DNA of 64,000 nucleotides from Candidatus Falkowbacteria bacterium (GTDB taxonomy: Bacteria; Patescibacteriota; Patescibacteriia; Patescibacteriales; UBA12465). Numbering within the stretch: the stretch's first letter is position 1; each line of letters opens with the position of its first letter. This document shows positions 1-9,649 of the stretch, piece after piece. Location of the stretch: contig CP066698.1 in assembly GCA_016432645.1 (NCBI GenBank), positions 453,062 through 517,061 on the forward strand, written 5' to 3'. The notes under the pieces are model-generated. The model made no database searches. It was not told the origin of the DNA and saw only the letters and a program-made list of their open reading frames with translations. The translations under genes and the position numbers were made by a program.

Positions 1-659
1 AGTGTTTCAATAATGATAGCTACCGCCGACAATGTTATAATAGCTGTTATAAATTTACCAAAATAGTTAAAACATTTAATCATTAACTTAGGAAATTTGC
101 ACAAACCAAAAGTAATAGCTACGGCTAAAATTAAAATTGGCAGCAAATTTATTATAATCATTCCTATATTAAACCCAGCAAAAATTCCAGCAAAAAAAGC
201 ACCAAGTGGAATTGTAATTATTCCAGATAAAATACCTAAAGCTAAAAATTCATAATCAGATTTTTCAATAATACCCAAGGCAACTGGTATGGTAAATACT
301 AGAGTTGCTCCCATCATAGAAGCGACTATTAATCCTGATAATAAACCAGCTTCGCTGCTACTAGCTAGCTTTAGTGCTAAATGATAACCACCCATATCAT
401 TAGCTAAAAAAGTACCGGCAAACATTGCAGGATCAGCACCAATAAATTTATAAACTGGGGTAATAAGCGGCGCTAAGTAACGAGCCAACACAGGTGCAAT
501 CGATATCATGCCTAACATCGCAATGGCCAATGAGCCCATGGCCATAAAACCTTCATCAAATTTTTTACCAAGGCCAAGTTTATTGCCAAAAATTTTATCA
601 AGAGCACTAAGAATTATAAATCCGACAAGTATATATATTATCACTTGATTTAAAATCAT
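1..659 (-). CDS. eutH: EutH-family ethanolamine transporter, N-terminal ~219 aa (gene runs off window start)
   Basis: Own translation from ATG (complement of 657-659): MILNQVIIYILVGFIILSALDKIFGNKLGLGKKFDEGFMAMGSLAIAMLGMISIAPVLARYLAPLITPVYKFIGADPAMFAGTFLANDMGGYHLA... It is collinear with EutH blocks (F.EGFMAMG, PVY..GA.P.MFAGT.LA.DMGG). It is absent from the ORF track because there is no stop in the window. Confidence 0.75.
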   Translation of the reverse strand, partial: MILNQVIIYILVGFIILSALDKIFGNKLGLGKKFDEGFMAMGSLAIAMLGMISIAPVLARYLAPLITPVYKFIGADPAMFAGTFLANDMGGYHLALKLASSSEAGLLSGLIVASMMGATLVFTIPVALGIIEKSDYEFLALGILSGIITIPLGAFFAGIFAGFNIGMIIINLLPILILAVAITFGLCKFPKLMIKCFNYFGKFITAIITLSAVAIIIET

Positions 660-696
660 AAACAAAAAAATTTACAAGCTAATTTATTATATTTTA

Positions 697-705
697 ATTA
701 TACCA
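697..705 (-). promoter_or_regulatory. Extended -10 promoter element TGGTATAAT upstream of eutH
   Basis: The reverse complement of 697-705 reads TGGTATAAT. It lies after the tRNA terminator and 38 nt before the eutH ATG. The same terminator-promoter-gene layout recurs across the window. Confidence 0.5.
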
Positions 706-732
706 TTTCATTCTAAAGCAATATACTTCTAT

Positions 733-757
733 AAAAAATAGCCCTAAAATAGGGCTA
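733..757 (-). terminator. Rho-independent terminator after tRNA-Ser
   Basis: Hairpin agccct/agggct (740-745 / 751-756) is followed on the minus strand by a T-run (733-738). Confidence 0.65.
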
Positions 758-768
758 TTTACAATCTG

Positions 769-855
769 CGGAGAGAGAGGGATTCGAACCCTCGAAGGCT
801 TTGACACCTTACCCGCTTTCCAAGCGAGCGCAATCGACCACTATGCGACCTCTCC
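769..855 (-). tRNA. tRNA-Ser (anticodon GGA), 87 nt, long variable arm, no encoded CCA
   Basis: Hand-folded cloverleaf: acceptor GGAGAGG/TCTCTCC, anticodon stem CTCGC/GCGGG with loop TTGGAAA (anticodon GGA), long variable arm, T-arm GAGGG-TTCGAAT-CCCTC, discriminator G. Confidence 0.9.
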
Positions 856-861
856 AATTAA

Positions 862-880
862 AGAGCGGACGAACCGCTCT
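862..880 (-). terminator. Hairpin between DsbA-like gene and tRNA
   Basis: agagcgg-acgaa-ccgctct, a 7-bp GC-rich stem. On the minus strand it is followed by TTAATT (a weak U-run). Confidence 0.4.
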
Positions 881-902
881 TATCTATTTTAAATTGTGTT
901 TT

Positions 903-1640
903 TTATTTAGTTTCGGCCGGCAGTTGATTTAGTTGCCTATCAATCACCGCTCTTAAACCTTCAATGGCGTCGCCATTAGAATCAACAAAATCGCTGTATG
1001 GACGGGCACCGATTATCATTTCATTGCCGACAAAAATTGTCGGGGCGCCTAAAACTAAATTCTTATCAGCTTCGGCCATCACTGCCTCCAATTTTACGGA
1101 TTTTTCTTCATTAGTCAAGCAAGCGTTAAAGACGGTTTCATCCAATCCCAACTGAGCAGCGTAAGCACCAAAACCGCCAGCCACCAATCTGCCCTCCTTA
1201 GCCTCCGCTAAAATCAAATCGCGCATTTCCGTGAACTTATCAACATCGGCCGCGCACATCAAAGCCAAAGCTCCTTCACGCGAAATATTATTGCCGGCAG
1301 TTACAAATGGCCGGATTACAATCGCTAGCTTATCGCCAGACTCGGAAATTATTCTTTTTAAAGTAGCGGCTAACTCAGAGCTATAAGGACTTGAGTAATC
1401 TTCGTAGACAAAGATGGTGAGCGGCGCCGTTTTCTCGCCGATAATATTATCATCCGCAGCCAAATTTAAAACTTCCCCGACCGGCTCATAGCTGCTAGTT
1501 TTAGCGCCAGTTATCGTTTTATATGGCTCGCCCGTTACTACTTCGGTTCTGGGCTTACGGCCGCCGATGAGCGCTAAGGCAGTGGCCGTGATAATTAACA
1601 AGGCGGCCAGCAGATACCAAATCTTTTTTGTGTTTGTCAT
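903..1640 (-). CDS. Membrane-anchored DsbA/thioredoxin-fold protein with the CxxC site replaced by SPYS
   Basis: N-terminal TM anchor plus a DsbA-family pattern (IFVYEDYSSPYSSEL ... GAPTIFVGNEMIIGARPY). The position normally reading CPxC is AGT CCT TAT AGC (S-P-Y-S). Confidence 0.6.
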   Translation of the reverse strand: MTNTKKIWYLLAALLIITATALALIGGRKPRTEVVTGEPYKTITGAKTSSYEPVGEVLNLAADDNIIGEKTAPLTIFVYEDYSSPYSSELAATLKRIISESGDKLAIVIRPFVTAGNNISREGALALMCAADVDKFTEMRDLILAEAKEGRLVAGGFGAYAAQLGLDETVFNACLTNEEKSVKLEAVMAEADKNLVLGAPTIFVGNEMIIGARPYSDFVDSNGDAIEGLRAVIDRQLNQLPAETK

Positions 1641-1665
1641 ACGAATATTTTTTATCTTATAAAAT

Positions 1666-3114
1666 TTAAACTAAAAACTCAGTAATCTTAAACAAGGTTT
1701 CTTCTTGAAAGCGGGGAGCGATTAACTGCGCGCCCAAAGGCATATCGCCACCATCTTTAACCTTCACGGTTCCCGCCGGCACGGAAATTGCCGGCAGACC
1801 AGCCAAACTCGCGCCGGTCACAAAAATATCTTCTAAATACATCGCTAATGGATCATTTGATTTCTCGCCGATTTTAAAAGCTCCATGGGGCACAGTTGGG
1901 GTTAATAAAACATCAACTTGCTTAAAGGCTTGATTAAAATCATTAATAATTAAAGTGCGGACCGTTTGGGCTTTTTTATAATAAGCATCATAATAACCGG
2001 CAGACAAGGCGTAAGTGCCAAGCATGATTCTTCTCTTAGCTTCCGGACCAAAACCGGCACCGCGGCTTTTTTTATAAAACTCTTGCAAGTTCTGAGCCTC
2101 TTCATCCTTCAAACCCCAGCCGATACCATCAAAACGCGCCAAATTAGAACTAATTTCTGAAGGCGTAATTATATAATAAACCGGAATGCCATATTTAGTA
2201 TAAGGGAGGCTCACCTCTTTAATCTCTGCGCCGGCATCTTTTAACTTATCGGCTAAAACCATAACGCGATTTCTAATTTCCGGATTTAATTCCGGTAAAA
2301 AATATTCTTTGGGCAAACCAACACGCAGGCCGTTTAAAGTCTTAGCGCGCGGGTCAATAATCTTTTTTTGCGAATCGCTGATTATTTTTTCCGGAGCGCT
2401 CGTCGCGTCTAATTCATCCTGGCCGGCGATTACCTTAAAAATTATTTCGGCGTCTTCGGCCGTCTTGGCAATCGGGCCGATGACATCAGTGGAAGAAGTC
2501 ATGGATAATAAACCGAAACGGGAAACTCGGCCATAACTTGGTTTCAAACCAACCACACCGCAAAAACTGGAGGGCTGTCGAATAGAACCACCGGTATCTG
2601 AAGCGAGTGCAAACAAGCACATATTAGCTGCAACTCCAGCCGCACTGCCGCCGGAAGAACCGCCGGCCACGCGCGTTAAATCATAAGGGTTTTTTGTGGG
2701 GCCGAAAGCGGAATTTTCCGTGGAGGCGCCATGAGCAAATTCATCTAAATTAGTTTTTCCGAGCATCACTGCTCCCGCCTCTTTTAGTTTGCGGACAACG
2801 GTCGCATCATAAGGTGCAACATAATTTTCTAAGATTTTAGAAGCAGCGGTTGTCCGAATTCCTTTGGTCATTAAAATGTCTTTACAAAGATAAGGAATAC
2901 CCAAAAGAGCTCCTCTTTCGCCTTGTTTAAGCCGCTTATCAGCCGCTTGAGCCGCTTCCCTAGCCTCATTAGCACAAACCGTTAAACAGGCATGAATTCC
3001 CCCATCCTGAGATGCTATTTGCGCCAAACAAGCCTCGGTAATCTCTAAAGAAGTGATTTTACCGCTATCCAATAATTCGCGCGCCTGTTTAATGTTTAAT
3101 TCGTTTAAATTCAT
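1666..3114 (-). CDS. gatA: Glu/Asp-tRNA amidotransferase subunit A
   Basis: 482 aa with the amidase signature GGSSGGSAAGVAA and full-length GatA collinearity. It lies directly downstream of gatC. Confidence 0.95.
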   Translation of the reverse strand: MNLNELNIKQARELLDSGKITSLEITEACLAQIASQDGGIHACLTVCANEAREAAQAADKRLKQGERGALLGIPYLCKDILMTKGIRTTAASKILENYVAPYDATVVRKLKEAGAVMLGKTNLDEFAHGASTENSAFGPTKNPYDLTRVAGGSSGGSAAGVAANMCLFALASDTGGSIRQPSSFCGVVGLKPSYGRVSRFGLLSMTSSTDVIGPIAKTAEDAEIIFKVIAGQDELDATSAPEKIISDSQKKIIDPRAKTLNGLRVGLPKEYFLPELNPEIRNRVMVLADKLKDAGAEIKEVSLPYTKYGIPVYYIITPSEISSNLARFDGIGWGLKDEEAQNLQEFYKKSRGAGFGPEAKRRIMLGTYALSAGYYDAYYKKAQTVRTLIINDFNQAFKQVDVLLTPTVPHGAFKIGEKSNDPLAMYLEDIFVTGASLAGLPAISVPAGTVKVKDGGDMPLGAQLIAPRFQEETLFKITEFLV

Positions 3115-3119
3115 ACTAA

Positions 3120-3410
3120 TTACTGCAAAACTCTTTTAACTTTAACATTGCCATTTTCTCGTTCACTTTGACTGAGTGCCGCTTCGGCCTCTTCCCGGCT
3201 CCAGGACCGAACCTCGTCTTCCCGAAAGACATCCATTAAGCCGCTGACTTGGGCGGTGGGCATAACTTTATCGGTTTTAACTTCATCCAGCATTTTTATA
3301 TAATCCAAAATCGAAGCAAGTTGATTGCGATATTTCTCCTCTTCTTCCGGACTCAAATTTAAGCGGGAAAGTTCGGCAATATGTTGAATTTCTTCTTTGC
3401 TAAGCTGCAT
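3120..3410 (-). CDS. gatC: Glu/Asp-tRNA amidotransferase subunit C
   Basis: 96 aa with the typical GatC start (..I.HIAELSRL.L..EE...) and a 5-nt gap to gatA. Confidence 0.9.
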   Translation of the reverse strand: MQLSKEEIQHIAELSRLNLSPEEEEKYRNQLASILDYIKMLDEVKTDKVMPTAQVSGLMDVFREDEVRSWSREEAEAALSQSERENGNVKVKRVLQ

Positions 3411-3414
3411 AATT

Positions 3415-5571
<2,157 letters not shown>

Positions 5572-5572
<1 letters not shown>

Positions 5573-5594
5573 AAAACCCTGCTTTTGGCAGGGC
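5572..5594 (-). terminator. Rho-independent terminator upstream of ligA
   Basis: ccctgc-ttttg-gcaggg hairpin (5577-5593) with T-runs on both strands. Confidence 0.65.
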
Positions 5595-5617
5595 TTTTTG
5601 AGCTGCAAAAATTTAAT

Positions 5618-5848
5618 TTATTGAGCCGGAGTAGCGGCTGGAGTCTCATTAGCGGCCGCGCCCTTGGTGGCGTTATTAATAAAGGTGACGATGTCATTAA
5701 CAGTCTGAGTATTTTGGTTGGTAGCTGTTTCGAGCTGCGCTAAACGAGCGCTTTGGTTTCTTAAGCTGGCGGTAAATTGCCAGAAAACCATTACCATGGC
5801 ACCAAAGATGATTCCGACAATCAGCGGAAAAACGATTTCTTTTTTCAT
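5618..5848 (-). CDS. Small single-pass membrane protein (paralog of 5910-6116)
   Basis: Start moved to the internal ATG (MKKEIVFPLIVGIIFGAMVMVFW...). It has one TM helix followed by a coiled polar tail ending ..NDIVTFINNA.., the same layout as the neighbouring gene (..TSIVNFFNAN..). Confidence 0.5.
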   Translation of the reverse strand: MKKEIVFPLIVGIIFGAMVMVFWQFTASLRNQSARLAQLETATNQNTQTVNDIVTFINNATKGAAANETPAATPAQ

Positions 5849-5909
5849 AGAATTATTATTGAGTCCGTCTCCGGCTAAAGCCTTAGTTGACGGTCTTTTT
5901 ATATTTTTA

Positions 5910-6116
5910 TTATTTATTAGTGTTCTGGGCATTGAGGTTGGCATTAAAGAAATTAACAATACTAGTAATTTTGGCGGAGTCTTGGCCAATAGTATTTTGT
6001 AATTCCATCATTTTCTTGTCCATGCGATTTAAAGACACATAAAAATAAGTTAACAGCCCGGCGAAAACTAGAATTAAGATAATCGCCACCAGATTTCCAA
6101 TCATGTTTTTTTTCAT
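5910..6116 (-). CDS. Small single-pass membrane protein (paralog of 5618-5848)
   Basis: 68 aa: MKKNMIGNLVAIILILVFAGLLTYFY, then a polar helix. Confidence 0.5.
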   Translation of the reverse strand: MKKNMIGNLVAIILILVFAGLLTYFYVSLNRMDKKMMELQNTIGQDSAKITSIVNFFNANLNAQNTNK

Positions 6117-6188
6117 ATTCTAAGATTAAAGTTTAAAAGAAGAAGATTTTCTCCACTTCTTTAAACTATAAATTATTATCTGAATTTT

Positions 6189-6197
6189 ATTATAGCA
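6189..6197 (-). promoter_or_regulatory. Extended -10 TGCTATAAT
   Basis: The reverse complement reads TGCTATAAT, 73 nt upstream of the ATG at 6116. A 12-bp-stem hairpin (6130-6167) lies in the putative leader. Confidence 0.45.
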
Positions 6198-6226
6198 ATT
6201 CTGAAAATTTCTGACAACCGCGACAA

Positions 6227-6811
6227 TTATTTAACCACAATAATATGCCCTTGGGGCCCGGATTGCAAGCCGCCGCAAGCTGAACAATAATAGATAAAGT
6301 CGCCGTCTTGCAGGGCTTGAAATTCTAAGGTTTTAGTTTCCCCTTGATTGGGTGCCTGTTTCATATTATAACCGGAGATGGTGAAGTCATAAGCCTTGTC
6401 AACTGCCGTAAATTCAATATGAACCGTGTCCCCTTGATTAACAATTATTTTTTCCGGAATAAATTTATCAGCCTGGGCTTTAACATTAAAAATTCTAATT
6501 TGAGCTGATGAGCCTTCGACCACCGGAACCGCGGCGGTTGGCACGGCAATTTGCTCCTTTAAATTATCGGGTATAATAGTTTTCATTTCCGGCACAACCA
6601 CGCCTTCAGGCACCGCCTTGCGCGTATCCGTTTCTTCCCAATCGCGAGGCGTAGTAGAACTCTGAGAAGCATCAGGTACGAATTGATTGCCAACTTCAAC
6701 AACCGGCGTTACTGCTTGATTGCCAGATTTTAACTGCCAAAGGATAAGCGCCAGCAAAGCCAAAATAAGGATAAAACCTAAAGCTAAAATAATTTTTTTC
6801 TTATTATCCAT
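6227..6811 (-). CDS. Membrane-anchored cupredoxin-like domain protein
   Basis: Start moved to MDNKKK (ATG 6809-6811, 4 nt after the upstream stop). It has a TM anchor and a C-terminal beta-sandwich-like pattern GDTVHIEFTAVDKAYDFTI...GDFIYYCSACGG...GHIIVVK. Confidence 0.5.
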   Translation of the reverse strand: MDNKKKIILALGFILILALLALILWQLKSGNQAVTPVVEVGNQFVPDASQSSTTPRDWEETDTRKAVPEGVVVPEMKTIIPDNLKEQIAVPTAAVPVVEGSSAQIRIFNVKAQADKFIPEKIIVNQGDTVHIEFTAVDKAYDFTISGYNMKQAPNQGETKTLEFQALQDGDFIYYCSACGGLQSGPQGHIIVVK

Positions 6812-6815
6812 ATCC

Positions 6816-7202
6816 TTATTTAACGTATTCGTACAAAATCTCCGAATCTTGATTAATAGTTTTCCAGGCAATGCACTTACCGTCCGCATCGCGATCTAAA
6901 ACCTGAATCCGCGCGGCTGTTGGAATGCCCATGGCTTGCTTTTCTGTATCAGACATAAATTCTACTTCCACTTTTTCCGCCTGCGGATCGCCGGCAAAAG
7001 AATAAGTGTTAGGATTGGCGTTGTTCACCAGGGCCTCCGGTTCCGGTGAGGCTATCGGGCCGGTGCTCACTGATTCTAAATTTGTCGGAGCCGCTAAATT
7101 AGAATTGCGTGAAACTGATTTTTTTAAAAAAACTAAAGACAAAACGGCTGCAATTAAAACCAGCAGGACGATAATAACAATAAGCTTTTTTTGATGGCTC
7201 AT
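6816..7202 (-). CDS. Small membrane-anchored protein, tandem triplet member 3
   Basis: N-terminal TM plus a conserved C-terminal block VEFMSDTEKQAMGI..RIQVLDRDADGK..AWKTI shared with 7217-7579 and 7597-7902. Confidence 0.6.
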   Translation of the reverse strand: MSHQKKLIVIIVLLVLIAAVLSLVFLKKSVSRNSNLAAPTNLESVSTGPIASPEPEALVNNANPNTYSFAGDPQAEKVEVEFMSDTEKQAMGIPTAARIQVLDRDADGKCIAWKTINQDSEILYEYVK

Positions 7203-7216
7203 AATATTAAAGAGTT

Positions 7217-7579
7217 TTACTGCTCTAAATTATTTATTATATCAACATCGGCATTAATAACTTTATAAGCCAAAACAACATTAGTCGCTTTATCGCGCGC
7301 TAAAACTTGGACTCGAGTGCTAGTACTAATTCCCATGGCCTGTTTTTCTTCATCATTCATAAACTCCACCTTAAAATCAGCGCCCGCTTCTTTTTTCCAA
7401 TCAATTGTTTCCGGAACCGAGACGGCGGATTGCGGCGTGGCATTTTCATTAAACTCTTCTTGGCTTAATTTGTCATTTGAATTATTAGCTCCCTGTTTTC
7501 CGGCTAGGGCTAAAACAACAGCCAGAGCAACAATCACAACACCAATTACCGCCATCAAGATTGTTTTTTTATTGTTCAT
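7217..7579 (-). CDS. Small membrane-anchored protein, tandem triplet member 2
   Basis: TM plus VEFMNDEEKQAMGI..RVQVLARDKATN..AYKVINADVDIINN. Confidence 0.6.
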   Translation of the reverse strand: MNNKKTILMAVIGVVIVALAVVLALAGKQGANNSNDKLSQEEFNENATPQSAVSVPETIDWKKEAGADFKVEFMNDEEKQAMGISTSTRVQVLARDKATNVVLAYKVINADVDIINNLEQ

Positions 7580-7596
7580 AATAATATTATTTTAAT

Positions 7597-7902
7597 TTAT
7601 TGATTTAGATTAATAATATCGGACTCGGAGCGGATAATTTTATAAGCTTCAACTTTGCCGTCAGCGTCACGGGAAATAACTTGCAGATTTAATTGAGGGC
7701 CGAGCTTCATTTCAACTTTCTCGGATTCAGTCATCATCTCCGGCACGAACTCGGCAGCGGGCTGAGCTGAATCTTGATTATTAACATCAGCTGGGGTGTT
7801 CACCTTTTTTTCCTTCAGACTAATATTCACTAAAAGATAAGCTAAAAAAATAAGCACTAACACAAAAATTAATAGCAAAATCTTTTTGATATTTTTCTTC
7901 AT
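7597..7902 (-). CDS. Small membrane-anchored protein, tandem triplet member 1
   Basis: TM plus PEMMTESEKVEMKL..LQVISRDADGKVEAYKIIRSESDIINL. Confidence 0.6.
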   Translation of the reverse strand: MKKNIKKILLLIFVLVLIFLAYLLVNISLKEKKVNTPADVNNQDSAQPAAEFVPEMMTESEKVEMKLGPQLNLQVISRDADGKVEAYKIIRSESDIINLNQ

Positions 7903-7936
7903 ATTTTCCAGGAGATTATTTATCTAAGATACTATA

Positions 7937-7945
7937 ATTATAGCA
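7937..7945 (-). promoter_or_regulatory. Promoter: -35 TTGACC, 17-nt spacer, extended -10 TGCTATAAT
   Basis: The minus strand reads TTGACC-ctagagcctgaaattgc-TATAAT, 35 nt before the ATG at 7902 and after the terminator at 7965-7993. Confidence 0.6.
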
Positions 7946-7964
7946 ATTTCAGGCTCTAGGGTCA

Positions 7965-7993
7965 ATAAAAAAAGGACATCTCGAAAGATGCCC
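7965..7993 (-). terminator. Rho-independent terminator of the 8020-8808 gene
   Basis: The minus strand reads GGGCATC-TTTCGA-GATGTCC followed by TTTTTTT. Confidence 0.75.
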
Positions 7994-8019
7994 TTAACTT
8001 ATATTTTAGACTGATTAGT

Positions 8020-8808
8020 CTATTGTTTTATAAGTTTAACAACCGTTTTGCCGGCTTTAAGAAAGTAGATGCCGGGTTTTAAGCCAGCGGTGGAAATCTT
8101 GGCCAAACCGGGCTGCAAGCGCTGGCTAGCCAAAACGCGTCCGCTAGCATCAACGATAAACGCATCGACGTTTTGAAACGAGTTAATATTCAACTCATCT
8201 ATAAACGGATTCGGAAAAGCACTAACCGGAGATTTAAAAGGATCGAAGACATTAGTTAAATCGCCAAGTTTCAAGACGCTGTCGGCGGCCACGCATTTAA
8301 TGGTGCGTAAATGATAGTTGTGATAACTCTGGCCATTAAGACCGGAGCAAACGGTACTAATCCGATATTGGATTGAGTCGCCAACTTTAAGCTGGTTAAT
8401 AAATTCAATATCACCCAGCCAACCACTCGGATAACGCCAGCATGACCAAGAACTTTTAAAACCATTTTCGGTTATATCAGTTTGGAAATAAGCTTCCTGG
8501 CCAGACTCGTTGTTAGCGAAGTAGAAATTAAACCCTGATGCTGTCGTGTCGTTGAAGATTAGAGGCAATTCCAGATAGTCCGGAGCCGATAAAACTTCAA
8601 TAACGGTGTTGCCGGAAATAAATGAGGCATTCAGATAATACGAAGCGGAATACTTCTCTCCCGGAAGGAGACAAACCACGTCCGTACTCGGGTAGATTGC
8701 TTGTTCATAGGCACCGTTTACCAGCACCTTATTGAACAGATACGAATTTTTAGCTCCAGCCAGGCCGGAAATAAAAATTACAACAACAATTAACAATAAT
8801 TTTTTCAT
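8020..8808 (-). CDS. Secreted protein with a T9SS-type (Por) C-terminal sorting domain
   Basis: It has a signal peptide. The last ~65 aa, FPNPFIDELNINSFQNVDAFIVDASGRVLASQRLQPGLAKISTAGLKPGIYFLKAGKTVVKLIKQ, match the TIGR04183 pattern (PNP...l.i......v.i.d..Gr.v......G...i....L..GiYf.k......K.iK), recalled from memory. Confidence 0.6.
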   Translation of the reverse strand: MKKLLLIVVVIFISGLAGAKNSYLFNKVLVNGAYEQAIYPSTDVVCLLPGEKYSASYYLNASFISGNTVIEVLSAPDYLELPLIFNDTTASGFNFYFANNESGQEAYFQTDITENGFKSSWSCWRYPSGWLGDIEFINQLKVGDSIQYRISTVCSGLNGQSYHNYHLRTIKCVAADSVLKLGDLTNVFDPFKSPVSAFPNPFIDELNINSFQNVDAFIVDASGRVLASQRLQPGLAKISTAGLKPGIYFLKAGKTVVKLIKQ

Positions 8809-8816
8809 GGTGCTAA

Positions 8817-9464
8817 TTAATTTTGCGGTGTGAGCGAATATCCCGGATAAGTTTTAGTTAACCAGGTGAACTTGAAAATGTTGCCGATGCCGTTAGGATT
8901 GGCGTCGACAAACTTTAGACTGGGCAATAAAATTCCCATGTTAAGCGTGAGATTATTTTCACCGATAAGCATGCCGCGTCCGGAAAAAATTAAATCTCCG
9001 GTTTCTAAATCCCACATCTTAATTTTATCTTGTCCATTAATGACCAGAATAAAATTACGCGTCCGAATAATTCCGTTAAACGGAAAATCCTTGCTGGTTC
9101 CGTATTTGACTTGCGGAAATAAATAAGCGGTCACTGTAGAGCCATTTGATAAATCGAAGACAGCTTTGTCTCCGCTGGCTCTAAAATCTAAAACAGTTAC
9201 CGAATTATCATTTAAAATTTCAGCGTAATCGCCGTTGATTTTAAATAAATATTCCGTGGTATCAGCAATCATCGCCGATTTCTTAGTCAGCTCATCAGAA
9301 GTGATAAGTACCTCAGTGTCAGCGGTTGGGTAATCGCGCACAAAAGTGTGCAAGTAAAGGCCGCTAAGCGGCTGTGGTTCAAATTCATTTTCTTCCTGAC
9401 AACTCGTCAGAAAAAAGGTTGCCATAATGGCAACCAAGGCCAGTAATACAATAACTTTTTTCAT
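8817..9464 (-). CDS. Lipoprotein, unknown function
   Basis: Signal peptide with lipobox FFLTSC. No recognisable domain. Confidence 0.55.
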   Translation of the reverse strand: MKKVIVLLALVAIMATFFLTSCQEENEFEPQPLSGLYLHTFVRDYPTADTEVLITSDELTKKSAMIADTTEYLFKINGDYAEILNDNSVTVLDFRASGDKAVFDLSNGSTVTAYLFPQVKYGTSKDFPFNGIIRTRNFILVINGQDKIKMWDLETGDLIFSGRGMLIGENNLTLNMGILLPSLKFVDANPNGIGNIFKFTWLTKTYPGYSLTPQN

Positions 9465-9525
9465 GACTGATATTTTTGGTTTCTATTAATTTTTAAAGTT
9501 CTCTTAATTTAATTTTAATGCTAAT

Positions 9526-9554
9526 ATTATATAATATTTTTAAATATTTGTCAA
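9526..9554 (-). promoter_or_regulatory. Consensus sigma70-type promoter (TTGACA-17-TATAAT)
   Basis: The minus strand reads TTGACA-aatatttaaaaatatta-TATAAT, between the terminator at 9598-9625 and the ATG at 9464. Confidence 0.65.
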
Positions 9555-9597
9555 ATATAAGATAAAACAGCACCAAAATTAAAGCTCCAATATTAAA

Positions 9598-9625
9598 CAA
9601 AAAGGCATTAAATTAATGCCTTTTT
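9598..9625 (-). terminator. Bidirectional-looking terminator after the Cys-rich gene pair
   Basis: Perfect palindrome aaaaaggcattaa-a-ttaatgccttttt. Confidence 0.75.
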
Positions 9626-9649
9626 ATAACTATTTGATACTAAATTTTA

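Noticed and set aside
5849-5989. N-terminal extensions given by the ORF track for several genes (5989, 6889, 23824, 33291, 40466, 41451, 49579)
   Set aside because: The extensions overlap upstream genes or terminators, or use TTG. They precede an ATG that yields a proper signal peptide or TM and a tight intergenic spacing. I moved the starts accordingly.
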